Below, one piece after another: positions 50,263 to 61,981 of a stretch of DNA of 64,000 bases. The notes beneath the pieces are model-generated. The model had not been told where the DNA came from. It saw only the letters and a list, made by a program, of their open reading frames with translations, and made no database searches. Positions within the stretch are counted from its first letter, which is position 1, and every line of letters begins with the position of its first letter. Source of the stretch: Candidatus Binatia bacterium (GTDB lineage: Bacteria > Desulfobacterota > Binatia > UBA9968 > JAJDTQ01); assembly GCA_951813575.1 (NCBI GenBank), contig OX638375.1, positions 3,498,752-3,562,751 of the forward strand, in the 5' to 3' direction. The position numbers and the translations under genes are program-made.

Positions 50263-50408
50263 CCGGAATCCGTCATTACGTACGAACTGGTGCTCAGTCC
50301 TCGTAGCCGTCATTCCCGCGAAAGCGGGAATCCAGGCGGGGTGGCGCGGGGCAACTCAGCGGGGGATGGCCCCACCGCCCCTGGATTCGCGGGAATGACG
50401 GCTACGGG
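50263..50408. repeat. Cluster of REP-like hairpin units in palindromic arrangement (gtcattcccgcgaaagcgggaatccaggcgggg ... cccctggattcgcgggaatgac)
   Basis: A left unit at 50307-50352 and an inverted right unit at 50372-50408 that lacks the inner 8-nt hairpin. A partial unit lies at 50263-50285. Same family as 6885-6930. Confidence 0.55.
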
Positions 50409-50462
50409 ATGGGCTACGGCGTAGAACTGAAGGAATCACTAGGCTAGTCAAGGAGGTACACG

Positions 50463-51551
50463 ATGGCAGAGACCAGCAGGGCGGCAACGTTGCTTGCTCC
50501 GAACAAGCTCGAAATCCGGGAATATCCCATACCCGACATTCCCGACGACGGCGGATTGCTCAAGGTCGAGATGGGCGGCGTCTGCGGCTCCGACGTGAAG
50601 TACTATCACGGCCGCATCAACCTGCCGCTGCCCATCATCCTGGGCCACGAGATCCTGGGCCGTGTGGAGAAGCTCGGCTCCAAGGCCGAGAAGATCCACG
50701 GCGTCAAGGAAGGCGATCGCGTGATCATGAAGGGCGCCATCGGCTGCGGCCGCTGCTCCGACTGCCGCCGCAACGCGCAGCGCTTCTGCAGGAACCGCAC
50801 CAACTACGGCGGCCGTACCACTTCCGCCAACCCGCCGCACCTGTTCGGCGGGTTCGCGGACTACCTCTACCTGGCGCCGGACGTGCTGATGACCAAGATC
50901 AGTGAAGACCTGTCGGCGGAGGCGGCGGCCCTCATCGGCTCGGTCATGGCCAACGGGTTCCAGTGGGCGCTGCGCCGCGGCGGGGTCAAGATGGGCGACT
51001 TCGTGTTGATCCAGGGGCCTGGACAGCAGGGGCTGGCGTGCACCTGGGCCTCGAAGCACGCGGGCGCGGCGAAGATCTTCGTGTCCGGCATCGGCCGGGA
51101 CGCGCCGCGTATGGAGCTGGCCAGGAAGTGGGGTGCCGACCGGATCATCAACGTCGAGGAGGAGAACGTCGTGGACGTGGTCCGGGAGGAGACCGACGGC
51201 GCCATGGCGGACGTGGTGGTGGACGTGTCGGGCAACCCCAAGGCGATCCTGGCCTCCATCGACTGTTTGCGCCGGCAAGGCACCATGGTGCTGGCCGGGC
51301 TCACCGGCGACAAGACCGTCACCGAGGTCCACATGGACAAGCTGGTGTGGGGCGAAATCAAGCTCCAGGGCTGCTTCACCGGCGACAACGACGCCGTGGA
51401 CGCGACGCTGCGCCTGATGGAGGCCACCAAGTTCCCGGTGGAGGAGATGGTGAGCCACGTGTTCTCGCTGGACGAGACGGAGAAGTGCATTCAGGCGGTG
51501 GGGGGCGAGATTCCGGAGTTGTTCCCGACCAAGGCGCTGATCAAGCCTTAG
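50463..51551 (+). CDS. Zn-dependent medium-chain alcohol dehydrogenase
   Basis: GHE catalytic Zn site (GHEILGRVEK), structural Zn CGRCSDC, NAD site GPGQQG. Confidence 0.85.
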   Translation: MAETSRAATLLAPNKLEIREYPIPDIPDDGGLLKVEMGGVCGSDVKYYHGRINLPLPIILGHEILGRVEKLGSKAEKIHGVKEGDRVIMKGAIGCGRCSDCRRNAQRFCRNRTNYGGRTTSANPPHLFGGFADYLYLAPDVLMTKISEDLSAEAAALIGSVMANGFQWALRRGGVKMGDFVLIQGPGQQGLACTWASKHAGAAKIFVSGIGRDAPRMELARKWGADRIINVEEENVVDVVREETDGAMADVVVDVSGNPKAILASIDCLRRQGTMVLAGLTGDKTVTEVHMDKLVWGEIKLQGCFTGDNDAVDATLRLMEATKFPVEEMVSHVFSLDETEKCIQAVGGEIPELFPTKALIKP

Positions 51552-51579
51552 GAGCCCGCGCCGCTTTCATACGGCCGGC

Positions 51580-51735
51580 ACCGGGCAGCGAGGGGGGCGT
51601 CCCGGAAATCAGGAGGCGGTCCTGCTTGGGCCGTGCGGTTCTGCGTCGCGCGGAGCGGGTGGTGGATCGGGACCACGGGTTACGTCCGCCCGCCGCCAAC
51701 AGATTTCCGGGACGCCCCCGTCGCTGCCCGGTGCG
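51580..51735. repeat. 32-bp inverted repeat (1 mismatch) flanking a 92-bp spacer between the two ADH paralogs
   Basis: caccgggcagcgaggggggcgtcccggaaatc ... gatttccgggacgcccccgtcgctgcccggtg. Confidence 0.55.
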
Positions 51736-51813
51736 AGTCAGCGACGCTGCTGCGCGGCCATGCTGAGGGAGAGGGGATTCCGGGTCGGTCACAACGGGCG
51801 GAGAGAGATCATG

Positions 51814-52902
51814 AGCGAAACATGTAGGGCGGCGACGCTGGTGGCGCCGGGCAAGATTGAGGTCCGGGAGTACCCGGTCCCGGACATACCGCCGGACGGC
51901 GGGCTGCTGAAGGTGGAGTTGGGCGGGGTGTGCGGGACGGACTACAAGTACTTCACCGGGAAGCTGAACCTGCCGATACCCATCATACTCGGCCACGAGA
52001 TCCTGGGCCGGGTGGAGAAGCTCGGCGCCAGGGCGGCGGAGCTCCACGGCGTCAAGGAAGGCGACCGCGTGATCATCAAGGGGTCCCTCGGGTGCGGCCG
52101 TTGCGCCGACTGCCGCCGGGGCGGCGACCGGTTCTGCAAGCAGCGCTCGGCCTACGGCTCCCGGATGTCCTCGGCCGACCCGCCGCACCTCTTCGGCGGC
52201 TTTGCCCAGTATCTGTACATTACGCCTGCCGCGTTGCTGACCCGGATCAGCGACGACCTTCCGCCGGAGGCCGCGGCGCTGGTGGGGGCGGTGATGGCCA
52301 ACGGCTTCCAGTGGGCCTTGCGGCACGGCGGCGTCAAGATGGGGGACTACGTGCTGATCCAGGGGCCGGGCCAGCAGGGACTGGCCTGCACCTTCGCCTC
52401 CAGCCACGCCGGCGCCGCGCGCATCTTCGTGGCCGGCATCGGCCGCGACAAGAGCCGGCTGGAGGTAGCCGAGCGATTCGGCGCGCATCGCACCATCAAC
52501 GTCGAGGAAGAGAGCGTCGTGGACGTGATCCGGGAGGAGACCGGCGGCGCCATGGCGGACGTCGTGGTGGACGTCTCCGGAAACCCGGCCGCCATCGTCA
52601 CGTCGGTGGATTGCCTGAGGCGGCAGGGGAAGCTGGTGCTCGGCGGACTGACGGGCGACAAGACCGTCACCCCCTTGCTCATGGACAGGCTCGTGTGGGG
52701 CGAGATCTGCGTCCAGGGAGCCTACACCGGCGACAACGATGCCATCGACGCCACCCTTCGGCTGATGGAGGCCACCGGCTTCCCGGTGGAGCAGATGGTG
52801 AGCCACGTCTTCTCGCTGGACGAGACCGAACAGTGCGTCCGCGCGGTGGGAGGCGAGGTGCCCGAGATGTTTCCCACCAAGGCGCTGATCAAGCCGTGGT
52901 GA
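51814..52902 (+). CDS. Zn-dependent medium-chain alcohol dehydrogenase (tandem paralog, about 80% identical to the upstream copy)
   Basis: Same motifs as 50463..51551. Start at MSETCRAATL inside ORF 51760..52902. Confidence 0.85.
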   Translation, partial: SETCRAATLVAPGKIEVREYPVPDIPPDGGLLKVELGGVCGTDYKYFTGKLNLPIPIILGHEILGRVEKLGARAAELHGVKEGDRVIIKGSLGCGRCADCRRGGDRFCKQRSAYGSRMSSADPPHLFGGFAQYLYITPAALLTRISDDLPPEAAALVGAVMANGFQWALRHGGVKMGDYVLIQGPGQQGLACTFASSHAGAARIFVAGIGRDKSRLEVAERFGAHRTINVEEESVVDVIREETGGAMADVVVDVSGNPAAIVTSVDCLRRQGKLVLGGLTGDKTVTPLLMDRLVWGEICVQGAYTGDNDAIDATLRLMEATGFPVEQMVSHVFSLDETEQCVRAVGGEVPEMFPTKALIKPW

Positions 52903-52933
52903 CCCCCACCCACCGTGGCCGGGCATTTCCCCC

Positions 52934-53782
52934 ATGAGACTGTTCGCGCCCGCCAAGGTGAACCTCTACCTCCGCATCACCGGGCGGCGTCACGACGGCT
53001 ACCATTTGCTGGACTCGCTGATGGTGCCCATCAGCCTGGGCGACGAGGTCGAGCTCTCACGGGCGGACGGGGCGCCCGGTTCGCTGGCGCTGGCGGCTGA
53101 CGACCCCGACGTGCCGCTCGGGGAAGACAACACGGTCCGGCAGGCGGTCCGCGCTTTCCGTGAACGGACCGGCCGCCTGGAACCGGTGGCCGTCAACATC
53201 CGCAAACGGATTCCCATCGGCGCCGGGCTGGGAGGCGGCAGCACCGACGCGGCCGCCGCCCTGCGCGGGATGAACGATCTTCTCGGCGCGGGCCTTTCCG
53301 TCGAGGATCTTCTGGCGCTGGGCCTGTCGGTGGGGGCGGACGTGCCCTTTTTCATCCGCGGCGAGTCCGCCCGGGCCCGGGGAATCGGGGAGGAGTTGAG
53401 CGCCGTTGGGCCGCTGCCCCGGCTGTGGATGGTGGTGCTGTTCCCCAACCTCGCGGTGTCCACGGCCTGGGTCTACCGGAACTTCCGGTCCAAGTTGACA
53501 AAACCGTCCAATAATAATAACTTGGTTCGAAAATTGGACACGCCTCACGAAGTGGTTGAGGTGTTGGTCAATGACCTCGAAACGGTCACCATGGGCCGCT
53601 ATCCGCGCATTGCCCGGCTCAAGGATCGCCTGAACGAGAGCGGGGCGATCGGCAGTCTGATGTCCGGTAGCGGCTCCGCCGTTTTCGGGGTATTCGCTGA
53701 CGAGGCAGGTGCCAGACAGGCATTCACGGGCTTCGAGGGCGAAAAAGGCTTTCGGGCTTATCTGGCTTTTTCGCTGACATGA
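52934..53782 (+). CDS. ispE: 4-diphosphocytidyl-2-C-methyl-D-erythritol kinase
   Basis: APAKVNLYL start, GHMP-kinase motif PIGAGLGGGS. Confidence 0.85.
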   Translation: MRLFAPAKVNLYLRITGRRHDGYHLLDSLMVPISLGDEVELSRADGAPGSLALAADDPDVPLGEDNTVRQAVRAFRERTGRLEPVAVNIRKRIPIGAGLGGGSTDAAAALRGMNDLLGAGLSVEDLLALGLSVGADVPFFIRGESARARGIGEELSAVGPLPRLWMVVLFPNLAVSTAWVYRNFRSKLTKPSNNNNLVRKLDTPHEVVEVLVNDLETVTMGRYPRIARLKDRLNESGAIGSLMSGSGSAVFGVFADEAGARQAFTGFEGEKGFRAYLAFSLT

Positions 53783-53820
53783 GGGCGAGCCATCCGCCGC
53801 ACGGCGGAAAGGAGGTCCCT

Positions 53821-54105
53821 GTGGAGGTCACGGAAGTCAAGGTCTTTCCCGTTGAGGAGGACAAGCTCAAGGCGTATGTGACCATCACCCTGGACGACTG
53901 CTTCGTGGTCCGGGATCTCAAAGTCATTCGCGGCACCTCGGGTCTGTTCGTTTCCATGCCCAGCAAGAAACGCCGGGATGGGACCTACAAGGATGTGGCG
54001 CATCCGCTCAACAGCGAGACCCGCAGGATGATCGAGGAAAGGATCATAGCGGCATACAGGGAAGTTACGACGGGCGATGCGGACCAGGGTCGAGATGACC
54101 TCTAG
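53821..54105 (+). CDS. spoVG: SpoVG family protein
   Basis: EVTEVKVFPV..KLKAYVTITLDDCFVVRDLKVIRGTSGLFVSMPS matches SpoVG almost position by position. GTG start. Confidence 0.8.
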   Translation: MEVTEVKVFPVEEDKLKAYVTITLDDCFVVRDLKVIRGTSGLFVSMPSKKRRDGTYKDVAHPLNSETRRMIEERIIAAYREVTTGDADQGRDDL

Positions 54106-54145
54106 TCATCCCAGCGCGGGACGCTCGAACGCCGACGGGAAGGAA

Positions 54146-54220
54146 TGGGCGGTCGCCAAGTGGTAAGGCCCCGGATTTTGGTTCCGGTATACGAAGGTTC
54201 GAATCCTTCCCGCCCAGCCA
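54146..54220 (+). tRNA. tRNA-Gln (anticodon TTG)
   Basis: Cloverleaf folded by hand. Acceptor tgggcgg/ccgccca, anticodon stem ccgga/tccgg with loop ttTTGgt, T-arm gaagg-ttcgaat-ccttc, discriminator G, encoded CCA. Close to E. coli tRNA-Gln. Confidence 0.8.
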
Positions 54221-54283
54221 GGCTCTCTCCTTCGACGGGCCGGTGAGTCGTCACACCGGCGATTGCTCCACAACAGGTAGGAC

Positions 54284-55234
54284 ATGGGAACGTTGCACGA
54301 TGAAATGAGGATCTTTGCGGGCAATTCCAACCCCCCGCTTGCGCGCGACATCTGCCACGGCCTCGAGATCCCGTTGGGCGAGGCGTTGGTGGAGACGTTC
54401 AGCGACGGCGAGATACGGGTGGAAATCAAGGAGAACGTGCGCGGCTGCGACGTCTTCGTGATCCAGTCCACGTGCGCCCCGGGCAACGACAACCTGATGG
54501 AGCTGCTGATCATGCTGGACGCGTTCAGGCGCGCCTCGGCCAAGCGGGTCACCGCGGTGATCCCGTACTACGGTTACGCGCGGCAGGACCGCAAGGTGGC
54601 TCCCCGGGTTCCCATCAGCGCCAAGCTGGTGGCGGACCTCATCACCACCGCCGGCGCCGCGCGCATGCTCACCATGGACCTCCATTCGGGCCAGATCCAG
54701 GGCTTCTTCAACATCCCGGTGGACAACCTCTACGCGTTGCCGGTGCTGCTCCAGTACCTCGAACGCCGTTTCAGCGGGGAGAAGTCGATCGTGGTGTCGC
54801 CGGACGCGGGCGGGGCCCAACGGGCGCGCGCGTTCGCGACCCGGCTGAACGTGGCGATGGCGGTCATCGACAAGCGCAGGGCCGACGCCAACGTGGTGGA
54901 GGAGATGAACATCATCGGCGAGGTGGAGGGCAGGAGCGCCATCCTCCTCGACGACATGGTGGACACCGCCGGGACCATCGCCATGGCGGCGGAAGCGCTG
55001 ATGCGGGCCGGCGCGAAGAAGGTCATCGGCTGCTGCACCCACGCCATCCTCTCCGGGAAGGCGCTGGACAGGATCAACGAGTCGCCCATGGAGGAGATGG
55101 TGGTCACCGACACCGTCCCCCTCAGCGCCAAGATGGCCAAGTGCCCGAAGATAAAGCCCTTGTCGGTGGCGCCTCTCATCGGGGAGGCCATCCGCAGGAC
55201 TCACCTGGAGCGGTCCATCAGCTCCCTTTTCTGA
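54284..55234 (+). CDS. prs: Ribose-phosphate pyrophosphokinase
   Basis: PRPP-binding DLHSGQIQGFF and DDMVDTAGT motifs. Confidence 0.9.
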   Translation: MGTLHDEMRIFAGNSNPPLARDICHGLEIPLGEALVETFSDGEIRVEIKENVRGCDVFVIQSTCAPGNDNLMELLIMLDAFRRASAKRVTAVIPYYGYARQDRKVAPRVPISAKLVADLITTAGAARMLTMDLHSGQIQGFFNIPVDNLYALPVLLQYLERRFSGEKSIVVSPDAGGAQRARAFATRLNVAMAVIDKRRADANVVEEMNIIGEVEGRSAILLDDMVDTAGTIAMAAEALMRAGAKKVIGCCTHAILSGKALDRINESPMEEMVVTDTVPLSAKMAKCPKIKPLSVAPLIGEAIRRTHLERSISSLF

Positions 55235-55271
55235 TCGAAAAACCCGCAGCACGTTGTCAGGAGGTTCAGGT

Positions 55272-55923
55272 TTTGGAAACAGTAGAAGTATCGGCAGAGG
55301 CGAGGCAGGTCGGCAACAAGCGTGACGCCGGCCGCCTGCGCCGCAACGGCAAGCTCCCGGGAGTCGTCTACGGCCGGGGGACGGAAGGCCTGGCCATGCA
55401 GGTGGACGACCGGGAGATCCGGACCCGCGTCGGCAGCCTGGAAGGCTCTCATCTGGTCCGGTTCAAGTCCTCGGCGGACAGTCTCGACGGCAGGCTCGTC
55501 CTCATCAAGAACGTGCAGTATCACCCGGTGACCCACGCCATCGCTCACATCGACTTCTACGAGGTGGACGTGACACGAAAGATCACCGTCATGGTGGGCC
55601 TTCACTACGTGGGCCGGCCCGAGGGCGTGGTTCACGGCGGGGTGTTGCAGCCCATCGCGCGGGAACTCGAGGTCGAGTGCCTGCCCATGGACATCCCGGC
55701 AGAGATCGAGGTGGACGTTTCGGCACTGGAGATCGGTCACGGGCTCAAGGCCGGCGATATCACGCTGCCGCCCAACGTGACCAACGCCACTCCGGAGCTG
55801 AGCCTGGTATCGGTGCTGGCGCCCACGGTTTCCACCCTGGAAGAAGAGGAGGAGGCGGAGGGCGAAGCGGCCGAGGAGACGGGGGATGCGGCAGAGGCTG
55901 CGGCGGAACAGACCGGCGAGTGA
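55272..55923 (+). CDS. rplY: 50S ribosomal protein L25 / general stress protein Ctc
   Basis: L25 N-domain (RRNGKLPGVVYG) plus Ctc C-domain and acidic tail. TTG start after AGGAGG. Confidence 0.8.
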
Positions 55924-55981
55924 GCTCCACGCGCGCTGCGGATAACCGGGGGCCTACGGGCTCCCCGTTCGGGACACCGCT

Positions 55982-56572
55982 GTGAAACTGGTCGTGGGCC
56001 TGGGCAACCCGGGCCGGCGCTACGCGCGCACACGGCACAATCTCGGGTTCCTCCTGCTGGACCGCATCGGCGAGGCCCGGGGCATCCGTATCGGCGACGA
56101 ACGTTGCGAGTCCCTGGTGGGCCGGGGCGAGCGCACCTGGGATCCGGTTGCTTCGGAGTGGTGGCCGCCGCTGGTGCTGGCCAAGCCGCAGACCTACATG
56201 AACCACAGCGGCGTGGCGGCCGCGGCCTTGGTGAAGCGCTTTCAGGCGCGGGGCGCGGATCTCGTGGTGGCGTACGACGACCTGGACCTGCCGTTCGGCC
56301 GGCTCCGGATCCGTTGCGGCGGCTCGGCGGGGGGACACCGGGGCCTGGCGTCGGTCCTGCAGCACGTCGCGGACCGTGACTTCGTCCGGCTCCGCATCGG
56401 CATCGGCCGCCCGCCCGCGGGCGTGGATCCGGTGGAATACGTGCTCAGCCGGTTCTCGCCGGAGGAAGAGGACGCGCTGGACGACGTTTTGACGAGGGCG
56501 GGCGAGGCGCTGCAAGCCATCGTGTTGAAAGGCCCGGTCCCGGCCATGGAAGATTTCAATCGGGTGCAATAG
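55982..56572 (+). CDS. pth: Peptidyl-tRNA hydrolase
   Basis: [17 protein letters not shown] and GHRGL motifs. GTG start. Confidence 0.9.
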   Translation: MKLVVGLGNPGRRYARTRHNLGFLLLDRIGEARGIRIGDERCESLVGRGERTWDPVASEWWPPLVLAKPQTYMNHSGVAAAALVKRFQARGADLVVAYDDLDLPFGRLRIRCGGSAGGHRGLASVLQHVADRDFVRLRIGIGRPPAGVDPVEYVLSRFSPEEEDALDDVLTRAGEALQAIVLKGPVPAMEDFNRVQ

Positions 56573-56583
56573 AGGAGGACGTT

Positions 56584-58638
<2,055 letters not shown>

Positions 58639-58688
58639 GCCGCAAGGTTGTAAAGGCACGACCCCCATGTTAAGTAAACTCAACGATC

Positions 58689-59129
58689 ATGGCTGAAGAA
58701 ACGACCCATTACGAGACGCTTTTCATCGTCCACCCGGTTCACAGCGGCAGGAACCCGGATCTCTGCGAGAGATTCCGGGGGGTTCTGGAAGGGCAGGGCG
58801 CAACCGTCACCCACTTCGAGGAGTGGGGCATGCGCGACCTCGCGTACCCCATCGAGAAGCAGGGCAGGGGTTTCTACAACCTGATCCAGTACCAGGCCTC
58901 CGCGGGCGCGAGCGACGAGCTCGAGCGGGTGATGCGTTTGAGCGACGAGGTCATGCGCTGCATGACCGTGGTTCTGGATGACGACGTACGGTCGCTGGCT
59001 CCGACGGCCGAGACCGCCGCGTCGGAGGAACCTGCACCTGCTTCCGAACCCGCGGCCCCTGAATCCGGCGCGGCTGAAGCCGCGGCGCCGGAACCCGCCG
59101 AAGAAGCTCAGGAAGGCCAGGAGGCGTAA
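58689..59129 (+). CDS. rpsF: 30S ribosomal protein S6 with acidic C-terminal tail
   Basis: HYETLFIVHP start, S6 fold. Confidence 0.85.
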   Translation: MAEETTHYETLFIVHPVHSGRNPDLCERFRGVLEGQGATVTHFEEWGMRDLAYPIEKQGRGFYNLIQYQASAGASDELERVMRLSDEVMRCMTVVLDDDVRSLAPTAETAASEEPAPASEPAAPESGAAEAAAPEPAEEAQEGQEA

Positions 59130-59193
59130 CGGCGCTGGCCGGAACGCAGCCTGCAGAACCTTACAGTTGGAAGAACGGAACGGCTAGGAGAAG

Positions 59194-59475
59194 ATGGCAG
59201 AATATCGCGGGAGAAGAGGCTCGGACGATCACGATTCACCACCTCGCCGGCGTGGCGGTATGTCGCGCCGGAAGGTATGTCGCTTCTGCGCCAACAAAGA
59301 CCTTCGCTTCGACTACAAGGATACCAAGCTCCTCAGCGGGTTCATGACGGAGCGGGGCAAGATCACGCCGAGCCGCATCACCGGCACCTGCTGCTGGTGC
59401 CAACGACGCTTGTCCAAGGCGATCAAGCGGGCCCGTCTGGTAGCGTTGCTTCCCTACACCACCGTCAAGCTCTGA
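59194..59475 (+). CDS. rpsR: 30S ribosomal protein S18
   Basis: [29 protein letters not shown]...TG. 93 aa. Confidence 0.85.
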   Translation: MAEYRGRRGSDDHDSPPRRRGGMSRRKVCRFCANKDLRFDYKDTKLLSGFMTERGKITPSRITGTCCWCQRRLSKAIKRARLVALLPYTTVKL

Positions 59476-59505
59476 TCCGGCGCCTCGCCGCCTACGGATC
59501 GGCTT

Positions 59506-60450
59506 ATGAAAGGGCTTGAAACTCTCACGGTCGCCGGCCTTGGGTTGGCCGCCACTCTGTTGTTTTTCCTTGCAGGCCTGAGGGTGCCGGTCGCCGGCCT
59601 GGTCGTGCTGCCGCTGGTGATCTTTCCGGCCCTGTACGTGGGCGTCCGGGTGGGAAAGCAGGCGGGACAGTTGCTGCCTCTGGCGGCCGCCGTGTGCCTG
59701 TTGGCGCTGGCGGGCCTGGAAGCCGCGGTGGCGTACCTGGTGTTCGCGCTGGTTACCTACCTGCTGTTCTTTTCCTTCGGGCGGGGATGGTCCATCGCCA
59801 CCGTCGTGAGCGGCAGCGCCGTTTGCGCTCTGGCGGCCATGCTGATGACCGCATGGGGGTTCGCGGGTTCCCTCTCCACTCTGTGGAACACGCTGTACAC
59901 CGGCGTGCACGGCCAGATCCTGGCGACCCTGGAAGTGTACGAGCGCATGGGCCTGTCGGGCGAGACCACGGAGTTCCTGAGGGAGCAGGCGGGACAGATG
60001 GCGACGCTGTTCGTCCAGATGCTGCCCGGGATGATTTTCCTGGCGCTGGGCGTCATGGTGCTGGTCAATCTGGCGCTGCTGTCGTGGCAGTTCCCGCACT
60101 ACCGCTCGTTTTTTTTCGAGGCTGGAGACCTGAAGGAATGGAAGTCACCGGATCACATGGTGTGGTTCCTGGTGGTGCCGAGCCTGGCGCTGTTTCTGCC
60201 GCTCGGATGGTCGTTGCGCGTGGTGGCCGTGAACGTGGTGTTGGCATGCACGGCGTTCTACTTCTTTCACGGCCTCGCCATCGTGGCGTACTATTTTCAT
60301 CACAAGAAGGTGCCGATGTTTTTTCGCGTCCTGGGATACCTGCTCATCGTTTTCGAGCAGGTTCTCACGGTGCTGGTCATCGGCCTGGGGTTCTTCGATC
60401 TCTGGGGCGACTTCCGTCGCCTCAAGCGGCGCCCCGCGGGCCAGACCTGA
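59506..60450 (+). CDS. DUF2232 (YybS-like) membrane protein
   Basis: Polytopic membrane protein in the conserved rpsR-yybS-rplI position. Confidence 0.6.
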   Translation: MKGLETLTVAGLGLAATLLFFLAGLRVPVAGLVVLPLVIFPALYVGVRVGKQAGQLLPLAAAVCLLALAGLEAAVAYLVFALVTYLLFFSFGRGWSIATVVSGSAVCALAAMLMTAWGFAGSLSTLWNTLYTGVHGQILATLEVYERMGLSGETTEFLREQAGQMATLFVQMLPGMIFLALGVMVLVNLALLSWQFPHYRSFFFEAGDLKEWKSPDHMVWFLVVPSLALFLPLGWSLRVVAVNVVLACTAFYFFHGLAIVAYYFHHKKVPMFFRVLGYLLIVFEQVLTVLVIGLGFFDLWGDFRRLKRRPAGQT

Positions 60451-60460
60451 AGGAGAGTCG

Positions 60461-61042
60461 ATGGAAGTCGTTCTGAAGGAAGATATCGAAAACCTGGGCC
60501 ACATGGGCGACGTGGTCAAGGTCAAGGACGGTTACGCCCGGAACTACCTGCTGCCCCGCGGCCTGGTGGTGCTGGCCAACAAGAAGAACCTGAAGGCCCT
60601 GGAGCACGAGCAGCGCATGATCGGCCAACGGCGCGAGCGCCTCACCAAGGAGGCCCAGGGCATCAGCGCACAGCTTGCCGGAGTCTCCCTCGAGTTCGCC
60701 GTCAAGGTCGGCGAGGAAGGCAGGCTCTTCGGCTCCGTTACCAACATGGACATCGAGAAGGCCTTGAAGGAAAAGGGCTACGACGTCGAGCGCCGCAGGA
60801 TCGTCCTGCACGATCCCATCAAACAGGTGGGAGACTACGAGGTCCCCATCCGCCTGCGTCCGGAAGTGATGCCGAGCATCAAGGTGAAGGTGGTTTCGGA
60901 GGACGGGCCTGAGGCGGTAGAAACGGAAACCGTTGCGGCCGAGCCTCAACCCGCCGAAGCCGAGGCGCCGGTAGTAGAAGGGGAAGAGGTTGCCCCCGCC
61001 GGCGAAGAACCCTCCACCGAACCCCCGGCCACATCAGGCTAA
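60461..61042 (+). CDS. rplI: 50S ribosomal protein L9 with E/P/A-rich C-terminal extension
   Basis: MEVVLKEDIENLGHMGDVVKVKDGYARNYLLP is a canonical L9 N-terminus. Confidence 0.85.
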   Translation: MEVVLKEDIENLGHMGDVVKVKDGYARNYLLPRGLVVLANKKNLKALEHEQRMIGQRRERLTKEAQGISAQLAGVSLEFAVKVGEEGRLFGSVTNMDIEKALKEKGYDVERRRIVLHDPIKQVGDYEVPIRLRPEVMPSIKVKVVSEDGPEAVETETVAAEPQPAEAEAPVVEGEEVAPAGEEPSTEPPATSG

Positions 61043-61962
61043 TCCATCAAACCCACCGCCGCGGCACTGATGTGCTCGGCGGACAGTCCGTACTTCCCGT
61101 AGAGTCCCTCGGTGTCGCCGGATTCGGCGAACTCGGTGACGCCCACGCGCTTGACGCGGCCGCGGCCCAGCTCGGCTACGGCTTCGGCCACGGCGCTGCC
61201 GAGGCCGCCGGAGATGCCGTGGTCCTCCACGGTGACGATCCTGCCGTGGCTTGAGGCCACGGATTCGATGAACCCGGTGTCGATGGGCTTGATGGTGTGG
61301 ATGTTGGCCACCTGGGCGGAGATGCCCTGGGCGGCCAGCAGGTCGGCGGCCTTGAGCACGTTCTCCATCACCGCGCCGGTTCCCACCAGCGACACGTCCG
61401 CGCCCTCCCGCAGCACCACGGCTTTGCCGAACCGGAACTCGTAGCCCTCGCCGTTGACGTCGGCCACCTTCTGGCGGGTGAGGCGCAGGAACACCGGGCC
61501 GTCGTGCTGCGCGATGTATTCCACCGCGCCCCGCGTCTCGATGCCGTCGGCGGGCTGCACCACGGCCATGTTGGGTAGCGTGCGCATAAGCCCCATGTCT
61601 TCGGTGGCCATCTGGCTGTAGCCGTCCTCGCCGATGCCGATGCCGGCGTGGGTGCCGACGATCTTGACGTTGGCGCGGTTGTAGGCCACCGCCATGCGGA
61701 TCTGCTCGAAGCGGCCCACCACGAAGCAGGCGAAGCTGCAGATGAAGGGGATCTTGCCGGCCAGCGCCATGCCGGCGCCGACCCCCACCATGTTGCCCTC
61801 GGCGATGCCCACGTCGAAGAATCGCTCGGGATGCTTCCGCGAGAACTCGTCGGTCATGGTGGACTTGCGGAGGTCGGCGTCGAGGACGACGATGTCCGGA
61901 TTGGTGTCGGCCAGCCGGGTCACGGTCTCGCCGAACGTCACGCGTGTTGCGATTGCGCTCAT
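61039..61962 (-). CDS. Transketolase, C-terminal section (split transketolase B subunit)
   Basis: Pyrimidine-binding and C-terminal transketolase domains (GIAEGNMVGVGAGMA, HAGIGIGEDG). Confidence 0.85.
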   Translation of the reverse strand: MSAIATRVTFGETVTRLADTNPDIVVLDADLRKSTMTDEFSRKHPERFFDVGIAEGNMVGVGAGMALAGKIPFICSFACFVVGRFEQIRMAVAYNRANVKIVGTHAGIGIGEDGYSQMATEDMGLMRTLPNMAVVQPADGIETRGAVEYIAQHDGPVFLRLTRQKVADVNGEGYEFRFGKAVVLREGADVSLVGTGAVMENVLKAADLLAAQGISAQVANIHTIKPIDTGFIESVASSHGRIVTVEDHGISGGLGSAVAEAVAELGRGRVKRVGVTEFAESGDTEGLYGKYGLSAEHISAAAVGLMD

Positions 61963-61981
61963 GTGCTCTCTTCCCTGCCAC

